A stretch of 64,000 nucleotides of DNA, from NCBI GenBank assembly GCA_000182565.2, contig KQ257450.1. The stretch is one strand, 5' to 3'. This DNA is from Spizellomyces punctatus DAOM BR117 (taxonomy: Eukaryota). This document shows positions 49,451-61,090 of the stretch, in pieces (within the stretch, counting starts at the first letter, position 1; each line of letters begins with the position of its first letter). The notes below the pieces were generated by a model that made no database searches, had not been told where the DNA came from, and saw only the letters and a program-made list of their open reading frames with translations. The position numbers and the translations under genes were made by a program.

Positions 49451-50705
49451 GGTGGTGGCAGACTTTTATTCAAAGAACAAGAACGGGAGGAGGACACTAT
49501 GGGCAGAACTACGAACGAACGAAACCAAAGGAGCTAAAACAATGGAATCGATGGAGCCAAATGGACGAGTGAACGCGAGAGAGCCAAACTGTAACTATTG
49601 TGTGCAAGTTGGGATTTTTGAGGGGGGGGGGGGGGGAATGAACAAGCCCTTTTTATAACCCTTCGACTTTTACACGGAAGGAACCTCAGCAATGATCGGC
49701 TCCCCCCTTCCTAAAACTCAACAAAAAAAAGGGTTACATCAAAGGCGTCACCTGGCCCTGTGTTGCTTTCCACCAACCTCCACACTTTACAAAACAAACC
49801 CCCCCAGCAAAAGAAAGCCCTTCCTTGTGGGCCAATAACCACCAACTGGAAGAAACGCAAAGGTGGCAGATGACCCTCAGCGCCCTTCATTTGATGACTC
49901 ATCAAACTTGACTGTGCCACTGACGCGTTTGTCCTTCTGAGACATGTCCGAACATGTGACCTTTTTATATAGTTTTATTATTGAAGAGTTTGTTGAATAT
50001 GCAAAAGGGAGTTACGAGGAGGAATGACTGGCAATTGGAAATGCATCTACAGAGCTTTTAGCATATCTATATATCGTTTTGTTGCAAGGTCGTTATTTAT
50101 CTAGTTGGCTTGTGCTGATCAGGGAGGGAAGACAAGGGCCAGCAAAGGGGGGAGGCGTTCAGTGTTTGCGTTGTATGGTTGTTTTCTTGCCACATTTGGT
50201 GCTCACACACACGCCTTGTTCACACTCGCCCTTTGATTGTGTGTGTGTGTGTTGTCTTTCAAGGTCTTTTGTCTTTCAAGCGACAGAACTGTACACTCAA
50301 TTCCATTGCTATTCATTTTGAACAAGCAGATAATGCCAATTCCCAAAACCATGTCATCCAGCTGTATAAAACACACGCACACACACAAATAAAACACGAA
50401 TCGTATTGCCATCGTCCATTATAATATATGATTGCTCACGTACGCTCACGAGGGATAAATCATGACACCAAAGTGTTTCAATCCCCAATGCTGAGCTCTT
50501 CTTTTGAGTCGCGCGCGCGGCTGATGGCATATCACGTGATACATTAAGTAATCGACATGACATCATGATCTCATTACGCAATTGGAACAAGTTAGATCGA
50601 CACGAGTGTTATAAAAAGGAGCTGTTTGTAGGGATTTTTTTTTTCAAGATTTCCTACCACAAGCATACACGCATACGCACGCACAAGCACAAAGTAACGA
50701 ACGTT

Positions 50706-51534
50706 ATGTCCTCTGTCCGCACCATTTCCCGCTCCCTCCGTCTCCGTCCCGTTCTCCGCGCACCCCAACCACGTCTCACTCTCCAACAGAGATGCTACGC
50801 ATCAGGAGCCAAAGCCGCCAAACCCGGTGCTTCAAGCAAACTACTATGGACAGGAATTGCAGCGGCTGTTCTTGGTGGAGGGTATTACTACATACAGCAA
50901 ACCCCCGGTAAAAAGAAGCTTGACCAAGCTGTCGATGTATGTCATGTTATTGTTTTTTTTTTTTTTTACTAGAAGGAATTTTTGCTCATGTCTTGAACTT
51001 TAGAGCGCAAAATCCGGTGACGTTCGTCAAGCAGCCGCACAGGCCACCCAAGCCGTCTCCGACTCTTATCCCGAACTCACTAAAACCCTTTCCTCCCTCC
51101 TCGGCAAGGAATTTGGTGATGCGGTAACAAAAGCCCTCGACGCAGCCAACAAGGCCCGTGACGCAGCTTCCAAGGGGTTGGACACGGAAACAGGCCGTAA
51201 GCTCCAAGAACGCGCCAAAGAGATTGAAGAAGGTGCACGGGCGGTGTTGCGGGATGCCATGGAGCTTCGCAAGCAAGCCGTCAAAGAACTCGGTCCTGCT
51301 GCTAAAAAGCACTATGAGGCTGTCAAGGACTCTATATCCGCTACAAAGGGGTCAAGCTGGGATACGGTCGAGACGGGTCTAAAGGCTTTGAGGAAGGAGG
51401 GATCGGAATTGTTGGAGGAAGCCAAGCAATCACATGTCGGGGAGGAATTGAAAAAGAGAATCAAGGATTTGGTTGCCAAGGCGGATGACCTGCGGAAACA
51501 GGCTGAAGCGTATTTGCATGACAAGCGTAAATAG
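50706..51534 (+). CDS. Predicted mitochondrial membrane-anchored helical (LEA/apolipoprotein-like) protein
   Basis: Arg/Ser-rich presequence ending RCYAS, TM LLWTGIAAAVLGGGYYY, one intron (50937-51003), A/K/E-rich helices; TATAAAA at about 50610. Confidence 0.7.
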
Positions 51535-51689
51535 ATGTTATTGTATGCGTGTCCTCTTGTACCATTTCTTTTTTTGCATTAAAATCTGGCTTTCCGATCT
51601 GTTCGTTTGATCGAGAAGGTTGATTATCTAATCCAAATGCTGGCTGGCTTTCCACTCTTGCATGCCATTACTCTGACGTTTTCACACCA

Positions 51690-52945
51690 ATGTCTCAAGA
51701 AGCCCTCAACACCGTATTAACTCTCTCGGAATCGTTTAAATCACCATATCGGCTATCGAATCCTCTCTTGCGCACCATCCTCTCCAAACACCCCCACCTT
51801 ATATCCGAAGCACAAACTCACCCCACTCGCGCACGCATCCTCGTGCACCCCTCCCTCCCACCCTTCTTGACCGCTTTCCTGCAACTCAAGAAACAGCATG
51901 GCACACGTACAGAACAGACCGTGTACAGCGGTATTAAAACATGGCAAGACCTCGTTAAACGACTTGTAACATGTCGTCCCTATGTTTCTTTGGAGCCTCG
52001 GATACGACTCTATTACGGGACATGACATCCCCAAGTGGATCAGAATGGATCAAAGTCGGTACAGAGTCGGAAGGTCTCATACACATGAAGGACTATTTAA
52101 CGTACGAAGAGATGGGTGTCGCGGCCTTGCTCGGCTTGTCTGCCCCAGTCTTTTTTGTCAATGCTGGAAGGAGATACAATCGGGGAAAGTTGGGTGAAGA
52201 CGGGACGTTTGAATCAAGTGGAATTTATACAGCCTTGGTAGGGGCTCGATATGAAGTCCCTGGGAAAATGGAATGGCGGCATACTTTGGCTTACCCGGAC
52301 CAAGAACCAATCACTCATCCATGGACGATGCTCTATGATACACATTCTTTGCAAGAGGATCTTGATCCTACCTTGTACGCACCGATTTCGAAATCAGTCG
52401 CTCTGCACATTCCTTCTTATATTCGTCGGATCAGGATTCCATTGGACAATCTATTGCTTGATGCCAACGACAGAGCTAGAGCTCAAAACAAGCGTGCCTA
52501 TGTCCATGTCGTGGGACTGGGATTGGGCGTGTGGCAGATCTGTCAGTCACAGCCTCAATGGTTTGTCCGGGCCGCTGCCGAAGCCATACAAGCGTATCGG
52601 TTACCTCATGTAGGTGTGCTAAACTTTAGCTGGTTTCCCGAAAATATAAATGAATGCGGCGGGGTCAAGAGCGGACAACAGTTTAGGACAGACAAGGGGA
52701 ACGATATCCGCATCGAATTCTCAAAACGAGATCCTGCACAGCAATTAGAAGCTAGAGATCAAGACATGCTGTTGGTGGCTTCGTTTGCCTGGGATGCCAA
52801 CAGTTATGTGGGCAATGAGTTTTGGACAGGTATGCTGACTGCAAGCGGGGATCCCGCGGCGGCAGCTTGTTCGACCATCGGAGAGATCATGAACCCAGAC
52901 ATTAATCCGTTTCTGCTGGACAATATTTGGGTGGCCAGCGAGTGA
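51690..52945 (+). CDS. DUF4804 (MavL-type macrodomain-like) protein with an apparent 1-nt frameshift at about 51980
   Basis: YLTYEEMGVAALL, FVNAGRRYNRG, GLGLGVW, FAWDANSYVGNEFWTGMLTASGDPAAAACSTIGEIMNPDIN; N-terminal part lies in a different frame. Confidence 0.7.
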
Positions 52946-53179
52946 CGCGCGGACAAACTCATAATGTCAGGCATTTAGAATATCACTAGTAGATATCCCC
53001 TCGTACAGGAATGAGACGCGCGCGCAGGTGTTGCTGGGTCTGACGCACAAGTAGCATTGGCCAATTTCGCACTGTGCGAAGACCCACATTGATCCTCCTG
53101 TCCACAAGTAAACAGAGAAATAGAGTCACGATAGATATGTATATTAAACGAATAACCGTTAAAATACACCTCAGGACGC

Positions 53180-53850
53180 TTAATCGAAAAGACCTGTTGA
53201 AAATGAAGTTTGTCAATAACCCGTCAATCTCGTCAACTCAAACACAACACGACAACTCACCGAAGCCCATGTCGTCATCAGACTCCTCCTTGGCTTCCTC
53301 CTTCTTCTCTTCCTTGGGTGCCTCAGCAGCGGCACCACCGGCAGCAGCACCACCAGCAGGAGCGGCAGCAGCAGGACCTACAAGGATATAAACAAGGTCA
53401 GAAAACAAAAAGCCACAAATCACTCTAGTGCAATCTGAATGCGTACCAGCGGAACCAACGTTGAAGAGGAAGTCACCAACGTCCTTTCCGGCCAGGGCCT
53501 TGGCAAAGAGAGTGGCCCAGATGGGCTCAACTTCCACACCAGCGGCTTCGATCAATGAGTTGATCTTCTCGGCCTATAGTAAAGAAAAGCATGTTTAGTT
53601 GTCTGGTTGCTGAAAAAAGAGATCACTCCTTTGGCCATTGGCGGTATCTAGTCCCTTTGCCCTCCCACCACCACCATAATTCCTATCACACTCTCCTCAA
53701 TCATTGCGCTTCGTCCTTTCAGACTCCATGCTCACTCCCAAAGGCCAACCCCGACATGGGCATGTAAACACCTACCGTGATTTCGACACCGTCGTCGTGG
53801 AGAATCAACGCCGCGTAAACGCAAGCAGCCTCAGCAGTGGACAAAGACAT
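53180..53850 (-). CDS. RPLP1: 60S acidic ribosomal protein P1
   Basis: [48 protein letters not shown]. Confidence 0.97.
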
Positions 53851-54291
53851 GACGGATGGATGGATGGATTGATAAAAAAGGATCTGTGTTGCAAAGCAAG
53901 CGTTTAACCCGAAGGAGCAGTGCACTCGAGATCCGTGTGTGGGTGGGGAAGGAAAGCAGAAGGATGGATTGGGAGAAGAGACTTTAAAATGTGATGATCA
54001 CGTGGACAGGGCGCGTTGCTTTTTGGAGCTGCCAAACTGGACGACGGACGACGACGACGACAAGACAAACGGTAATGGAAAAGAAAGCGCACATGTTCAT
54101 AGATAATCCAACACACACAAGAGTATCATCGTACAGTCTACATAGCCATATCTACTTTATACACAACACAGAAAATATCCATATCTCATACTAACGGTCT
54201 AATCTACACGTCTACAATGTTTACCAACAACATTAAAAACACAGTCTACCGACGTATGGAAATAATAAAAGAAAGGGGAATCGCATGAGTA

Positions 54292-57087
54292 TCATTGTAA
54301 CCGCTTGATCACGTCCCGCTTTTCTTCAAGGTAATCGTGTGCCTATAAACGTTCAAATACCAAAATCAGTTTTTGCGAATACATGGTCATTTCTGGGGGG
54401 CGCTCAGTACCCACCTTTCTCAAGGCATTGTCATACTTGTTTGGAAAATGATGGTACAAAAAGTTGTTCTTGAACTGAATGTTACAGAACAATTCCTTTT
54501 GACTCCGCTCCACAAGGTAATGAGGGACAATGTCGTCGATCAACGGATTTCCTGTCATGGCATCTTCGTTGATTTCATCCTCCTTTGGTGGTCGCTTGGT
54601 GGAGGAATGGAGTACACGAGATGTCTTGTACATATAGTAGATGGTGCCGGGAATGTAGACTTTGGGGTGCTCGTTGGATTGTTTGAGGTGGGTATGGTGG
54701 TTGGCCAATCGAGTCATCCGTTCCTGTTTCAACATTTCGTCAGAAAGGACCATAAGGAGGGTAGGGAAGAAAGGGTCTCACCTGAGTAGTAAGTTTCTTC
54801 TCATTCAGCAAGCCATGTGCAGTTTTTAGCAATTCCCGAAAATCCATGATCGCACCAAAACTGGCTCTTGGTACAATGTCATTCTCGTTGACATAAGTCT
54901 CAATGTACGGCTCAAACTCTTGGCATAGCTCCTCATTCACACACGGCGGAGTCGCAACGTTGTAACACTTTAGCTTAAACTTGGAATTGCCAGAGATTTC
55001 CCTAAACTCTTCAAGATGGCCATGGAGGATCATGGTAAACAGGGACGAAACACCAGCACCAAGCGAATGGGCACTAAGATATAAGGCGTTGCACTTGTAT
55101 TGTCGTACCCAGCCTTTGATGCGGTCGAGGAAGTGATCTTCAAGGTATTGGGCACATCGAAGGAAACCTCTATGAGCGTAACCGTGAGAAAATGGCTCGT
55201 ATTCGGCGCAAGCATCGGTGATGCACTCGTGAACATTCTGAATAGGGAACGAAAGCATGAGTTAGACAGGACTATTACCCCAGGTAGTTTATCAAACGCG
55301 AAAACAACATACAAAGGTTCCTCGGATGACAACTACAATCGCATTCAGCTTGGGATCTCTCGCAATGAAAAATTGAGGCTTGAAAAGCTTCAGATCAAAA
55401 TCATACGCGAGCATGTCAGATCTCGCCAACCCCAAATGTTCACACGCAGTCTTTGAGTCGTTTTTGGGACGCACAAAATCACGAGCGTAACCCTTGCCGT
55501 AACCAAAGTAGTTTAGCACGAGTGAGCCGTACGCCGTCATGGCGTAATTGAGAAAGTAGCAAGCTACTCGGATCTGTCGTTCATCAGTGACAATGTCATT
55601 GGTGCGCGGACTGCCCATCAAAGTCAGAATTGAAGATGGTAGCGGCCAATCAAGATTCGAGAATATACATACTTGGGATGATATTTCGCATAGTACTTTT
55701 GCACAAACATCAACGCTCGTGCAAACTCCATTTTACTAATCTTCCATCCAGTGCCGAAAAAGGCAGACGCAAGTTCAGATACTTCTTTCAATCCCATAAG
55801 TGTGTTTTCGGCAATGAGAGTGGGTCTCCTCTTCTTCTCGTTTACATTCGAGCTGGAAGACGTCCGCATGCTGATGACAGACCGCGTTTCGTCAAAGCTC
55901 TTTGATCGAGACCGGGCATAGATTGACTCAGCGTCGCCATTCTGCTGCTCTTTTTGCAAGTACTCTAAGAACTCTGCCGCCTCCTGCTCGTGATCCGTAT
56001 TGCCCGTCATCTCGTCGACAGGGAAAACATTCGAGTCCATGCGGTTCCGGTGCCCCGGAATGGACGGAGACAATGGTGGATTACTACTGCTTGTACTGTA
56101 ACTCCGATCCAAGCGAGTACTACGCCGCCCACCAATGAAACTGAACCCAATCGTTATTTCTCCAATCTGCTTCCCGGCCAGCTTGGGACTGCGGTGCGCC
56201 TTTCGGTGATTGAGCGAGTAAGTGCTGAATTAAATGTGTGGATTTGTTAATGCATCGATTTTGCATCGAGGAGACTGACACATCTCTACATACTGCTCAA
56301 TATCACCCAAGACTTGTGGCAATCTTGACAATCTGATGTGGGCCCGTCCGATGTGAGATCCCAAAAACCCAGCCTCATAGATATCGACCTATATGAAACT
56401 TGGTGAGCATCATGCAAAATTGGACACTTCCGCAGCTGATATGCGTTCCGCCGGAGACTGCATTGCATCCCTCCGTGTGCACATGCTGCACCTTGTTCGC
56501 GCGTCTCCGCACGAATACTCACCTTTAGGTGGTCAAAAAGCAAGGCATGATACGTAACATCAAACTTGAATTTCGTCTCCCCATGTCCATTGGGATACGC
56601 TCCCGCGGAGGTCTTAAACTTGCGATGACGAAACGAGAATTTCACGACAATGTTTGTCACTGGCTTGTTGAGTTTGATATCTTCCAAATGCACCATCATC
56701 GTAGAAGGATGATTGTCCCATGATAATCCGTTAGTGGCCGTCGGCATGGTCGTAGGATTGTGCAAAGACGCAGCTTTCGTTCGTGGAGTGACTGGAGCAT
56801 GGCTCGCCTGTTTGTCCTTTGCCTGGTTTACCGATGCTACAAGGTATAATGACACCGTTTACCATCAAGAATTTGAACAAGGGCATGCTCGTTTCTACCA
56901 TACCAATGTACAACTTTTCCAAATCCTGCGGGGACAAGCTCGCAAAGTCCAAGGTAGAAAAATCGATCGTAGTGCCATTGGGTGTTGTCGGCTCTTGTGC
57001 TGGTGCCTCGTCCTCTCCTTCTGGTTCCTGTACCATTGTCTTGCCGTCGTCCATCACCTTGTCCATTGCTGCCTCTACTGCCATCAT
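54292..57087 (-). CDS. Class 3 (DAG-lipase-like) lipase with an N-terminal C2-like domain, multi-exon
   Basis: IVVVIRGT, GYAHRGF, SAHSLGAG, YVNENDIVPR, YIPGTIY, HHFPNKY; upstream beta-rich KFKFDV..HLK/VDIYE..HIGRAHIRL. Confidence 0.82.
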
Positions 57088-58246
57088 GTGCTCAACCCTC
57101 CAAAGCAGTAAACATACAAGTAGTGCAAGATGCCAAATGCCCAATGTCTTTTTAAAAAGCCCTTCTAGGCCGCCCTTGCCGCCTGCGTCGGGGAACTCCC
57201 AAAAAGCCCAAACGACGACGACGACGGGCCGAAAGCGCGAAAACTTGACGAATAATTTTCCCTCTTTCATTCATTGCCTGTGGCACAGTCATACTATTAA
57301 CAATTTTGATTATCATTTCCTTTTATAGATTAATTACGTGTGTAACTCTTTATGTCACCTGTCACGTGTGTGAATGACGTTGAAAGTCAAAAAGTGTTTA
57401 AAAAGCGATGCGCTACGAGCGGCCGGCAACGAGGCAAGTAACTAGCAAAATAACACAATGAACGCTGGAAAATCGCAGATGCGTGATCCCGCCATGGCCT
57501 CTGTCGGGACGATCAGAATGAAGGAAGGAGCTGCAGAGGTGGTTTTGGTGCATCTGTGCAGGAAGATCCGTTTGCGATAAATAACGCGTGTTTTTCCCTT
57601 TTTTTCGTGCAGCCAAAGGACAAGGCCAATGTAACGCTCAAGGATAAGGTAGTGGGTACCGCACAGGTAGGTTCATAGTAGCACATGCCCACTGGCCAGT
57701 GCTTGTATTGACGCACGGATGGATGGCCCTATAGAAGTACCTATCTTCGGACCCAGATACGCAAGCACGCGGCGCAGAGCGAGCGGCGACGGGGACAGTA
57801 AGAACCGAGGAGGAACTGAATCCGAATCAAAAAGCGAATCTTTTGTAAAAGTGTGAACAGTGTACAATTTAGCAACAAAGGATATTTCCGAACAGTCAAC
57901 AGTTTGAAAACTAGCACGGTAACGCTGGTATTCACTCTCATCGTCCACGCCGTGCCTTTGTCGTTGCTGCTTCTCCAACTGCTTTCCGACTCCCTTCGCT
58001 GTAGACCTTTTCCACAAAGGCATCGTGATGACCTGGTGATTATGTAAGCCGGTTCCTGTCCGGAGGGTGTGAGGCGCGTTCAGCATGACCTCCACCTTCT
58101 GTCCAACAAATGGCCAAATTGAGATCGTCTGGCAGATAGAAGCGGATCGCGCCTTGTTTACCTACAGCGATTGTACAGAAACCTCCCAGTCACGCATCGG
58201 AATTCTCTTGTAGCAATACTTTTCACCAATTCTGGGCCACCTCACC

Positions 58247-60320
58247 ATGGGTGACGCCACCATACATGTGGATCCTCCGGCCGGAGACGACCATGACGAA
58301 AGCGAAATGGAAGAAGGGGAACTTTATGAGCCTGTTTTTGTCGCACCCACCTCTATACCTTTTACAAGTTACCCTGGTCTATCACCCACCTCGCACCCAC
58401 ACAGCCCGCCAACACCAAAATTTAGCCCTTCTCCCACAGATCCACTGTACTTCCCCTGCACCCAGAACCCATTAAACACGAATCTCTCCAAGACATATGT
58501 GGGGACATGCCCACTTGAGGAATACGACAACCGTGAGAGAATTGGCAAGGGTAGTTTTGGGTAAGCTTTCCGAAAAGTGTTCCGCGCGTGGAAATCATGT
58601 CACTCACAATACTCATTGACACAAGTGAAGTCACCATTGCGACTCACAAAGAGACACAAAGAAAAGTAGCTTTGAAGAGAATTATTGTACATAAAGAGAA
58701 GGATGGGGTGAGTTGTTTCTGAAAGGGTGCTTCATGGTTCGTACTGACTATTGATCACCGACTCCTTGGCAGCTCCCAATTACCGCGGTGCGGGAGATCA
58801 ATATTTTGAAAGGCCTTCGACACAAGTCTGTGATCGAGCTTCTGGGAATGGCAGTTGCGAAGGGTATGTGAATAAGGTGTTCCATTGCGCCGTGTAGCTC
58901 TTTGTCATTCCGGCTGATCTCACTCATTATCAAAACAGGCAATCCAGACGAGTACGAACCAGCAACTATCTACATGATATTTCCCTATATGCACCATGAC
59001 CTTGTGGGCCTACTCGAAAATCGGTATGTCACATTGGAACCAAATCAAATCAAATCATTTACCAAGCAGCTCCTCGAAGGGGTCGCCTATCTGCATCGGG
59101 TAAGTCAGCGTACAGCAAGATTGAACCAGCTGCATGAGCATTCTCTCATACACAACTACGACTAGAACCATTTTCTTCACCGAGATTTGAAGAGTTCCAA
59201 CATCCTGATCGACAACGAGGGGACCTTGAAGATCGCGGATTTCGGTCTCGCACGATCTTACAACGCGGCAGATAAAACAATTGAGCTTACTCCCAATGTC
59301 ATTACTTTGTGGTATCGTCCGCCTGAGCTACTTCTAGGCCACAAAACCTACACATCAGCGGTGGATATGTGGGGTGTCGGGTAAGCGGTCCCTAGGTTCT
59401 CCCACTCTTACAGTCTATCTTTGCTCACCTTCGCATACCCCGCTTAGGTGTATATTTGCGGAAATGTGGGATAGAAAGGCCATATTCAAGGGGGAGACGG
59501 AACTAGACTTACTCGATAAAATACTGAGAGTGTGCGGGACCCCCGATGCAAAAGCGTGGCCAGAGTTTACAAAACTCACTGCTTCGGCAAGCATACGACC
59601 CAAGCAGGAGAGTAGAAAAATACTAGATATCTACAAGCCGGATCGGTGGGTTTCCTTGTTGCGATCAGATTATATCCGGTGCACACTCCCTGAGTGCTTA
59701 TTGCGTATTTTTCCAGCCTCGATTTCCAGACAATTGATCTATTGAACACCTTCCTAGTACTCAACCCCGCAAGGCGTCCAACAGCTGAAGCTGCACTCAA
59801 ACATGAATACTTCCACGTTGAACCCGAAGCAGCGAAACCCAGTACACCCGAGTAGGTCATCGGCGGCAGATTGTGTTCCAATAAATGCCAGTAGTAAACA
59901 CTTGCAACTTTCAGCTTTCCAGGGTGGCCCGAGTCCCACGAATTAGGCATACGCGCCCAAATCGACCAAGAACTCAGAGAGCTCGATGTATTGCAGAGAC
60001 CAATACCATCGATCCGACCACCAGCACACCACGATGCGCTCATCGTGGACGGTCAACCCGTGAGACGCCCACGTCTTCACGACGATGCTGAAACACGACA
60101 ATATAATCGGCATCGTGACGATAAACGACCGGGGAGACGACATGATCACCGGCGCTTTGGACGCGGGCGAGGACGACCGGGGAACGAGCGGGGACGGGGC
60201 GGACGTGGAAAGTCGGCTCATGAGGCATCTGGCGAGCCAACCGGGGAGGGCTCAGTCATAATGAGAATGAAGCATCCGTTGCCACCCAAACCCGTACTCA
60301 GAGTACCGTTTTCGGAATGA
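58247..60320 (+). CDS. Transcriptional cyclin-dependent kinase, Bur1/CDK9-like
   Basis: [64 protein letters not shown]; Arg/Gly-rich tail. Confidence 0.9.
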
Positions 60321-61090
60321 GGGTTCGCTGGGCGATGCGAATGGAAGTAGACACTGGACTGTACATATTTGTTGCATTGCTGATGCGTTGAAAATAGCGG
60401 ATGTGGATCTAGTTGCGGAACTGGGGACTGTGTCCCCGAGGTCACGAGCTCGTGCATGACTCTTTATGTCCATCGAATCCAAGAGCACTGGAGGAACGTT
60501 TTTCTAAACCAATCCAGCCTGACGATGCATGTGGGCTATACCATTATTGTTCATGGACGTCGCCGAGCAATATAATGATGATGCAATTCTCCTTGTCAAA
60601 TGGGGCGGCACATCATAAACAGGTGAAATCGACACGTGGGATCAACATCTGTCCCAACCCTTTGAACCGCCGAGGCGAAAGCTATTTGTCCCTTGACAAC
60701 CCGCAACGTGATACGAGGATGGATTGATATCCATGGGTATTGGTACATCTTTCTGGATGCACGTAGATATTGTATTTTATAGTACATAGTAATTTATGGA
60801 CACTCTGTCATTAGAACACGCACTGTTGTCAGATGACTGGCGTTATACTTTTCTGTACGGCCTAATGGATTATTGCTGACAAAATATAGGATTTGTAGTC
60901 AACAAGAAGAGGCACGGAATAACGAACGACGGGCAACATTTTCCTGCAGCTGCAATACCTTTCTACTTGGTGGCCTGCGGTACCAGATGTTGGTGAGGAT
61001 AACGTAATACGATCGGCGTGACTCACGTGCACAAGTCAGTGCCTGAGATCGGTCTCCCAAGGATCTCTCCATCTTGTCCAATTCAAAAAG

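Noticed and set aside
48818-49537. 239-aa plus-strand ORF
   Set aside because: Antisense shadow of the PEBP gene
57413-58095. 140-aa and shorter minus-strand ORFs between the lipase and CDK genes
   Set aside because: No family signal; may be a small gene but cannot be supported
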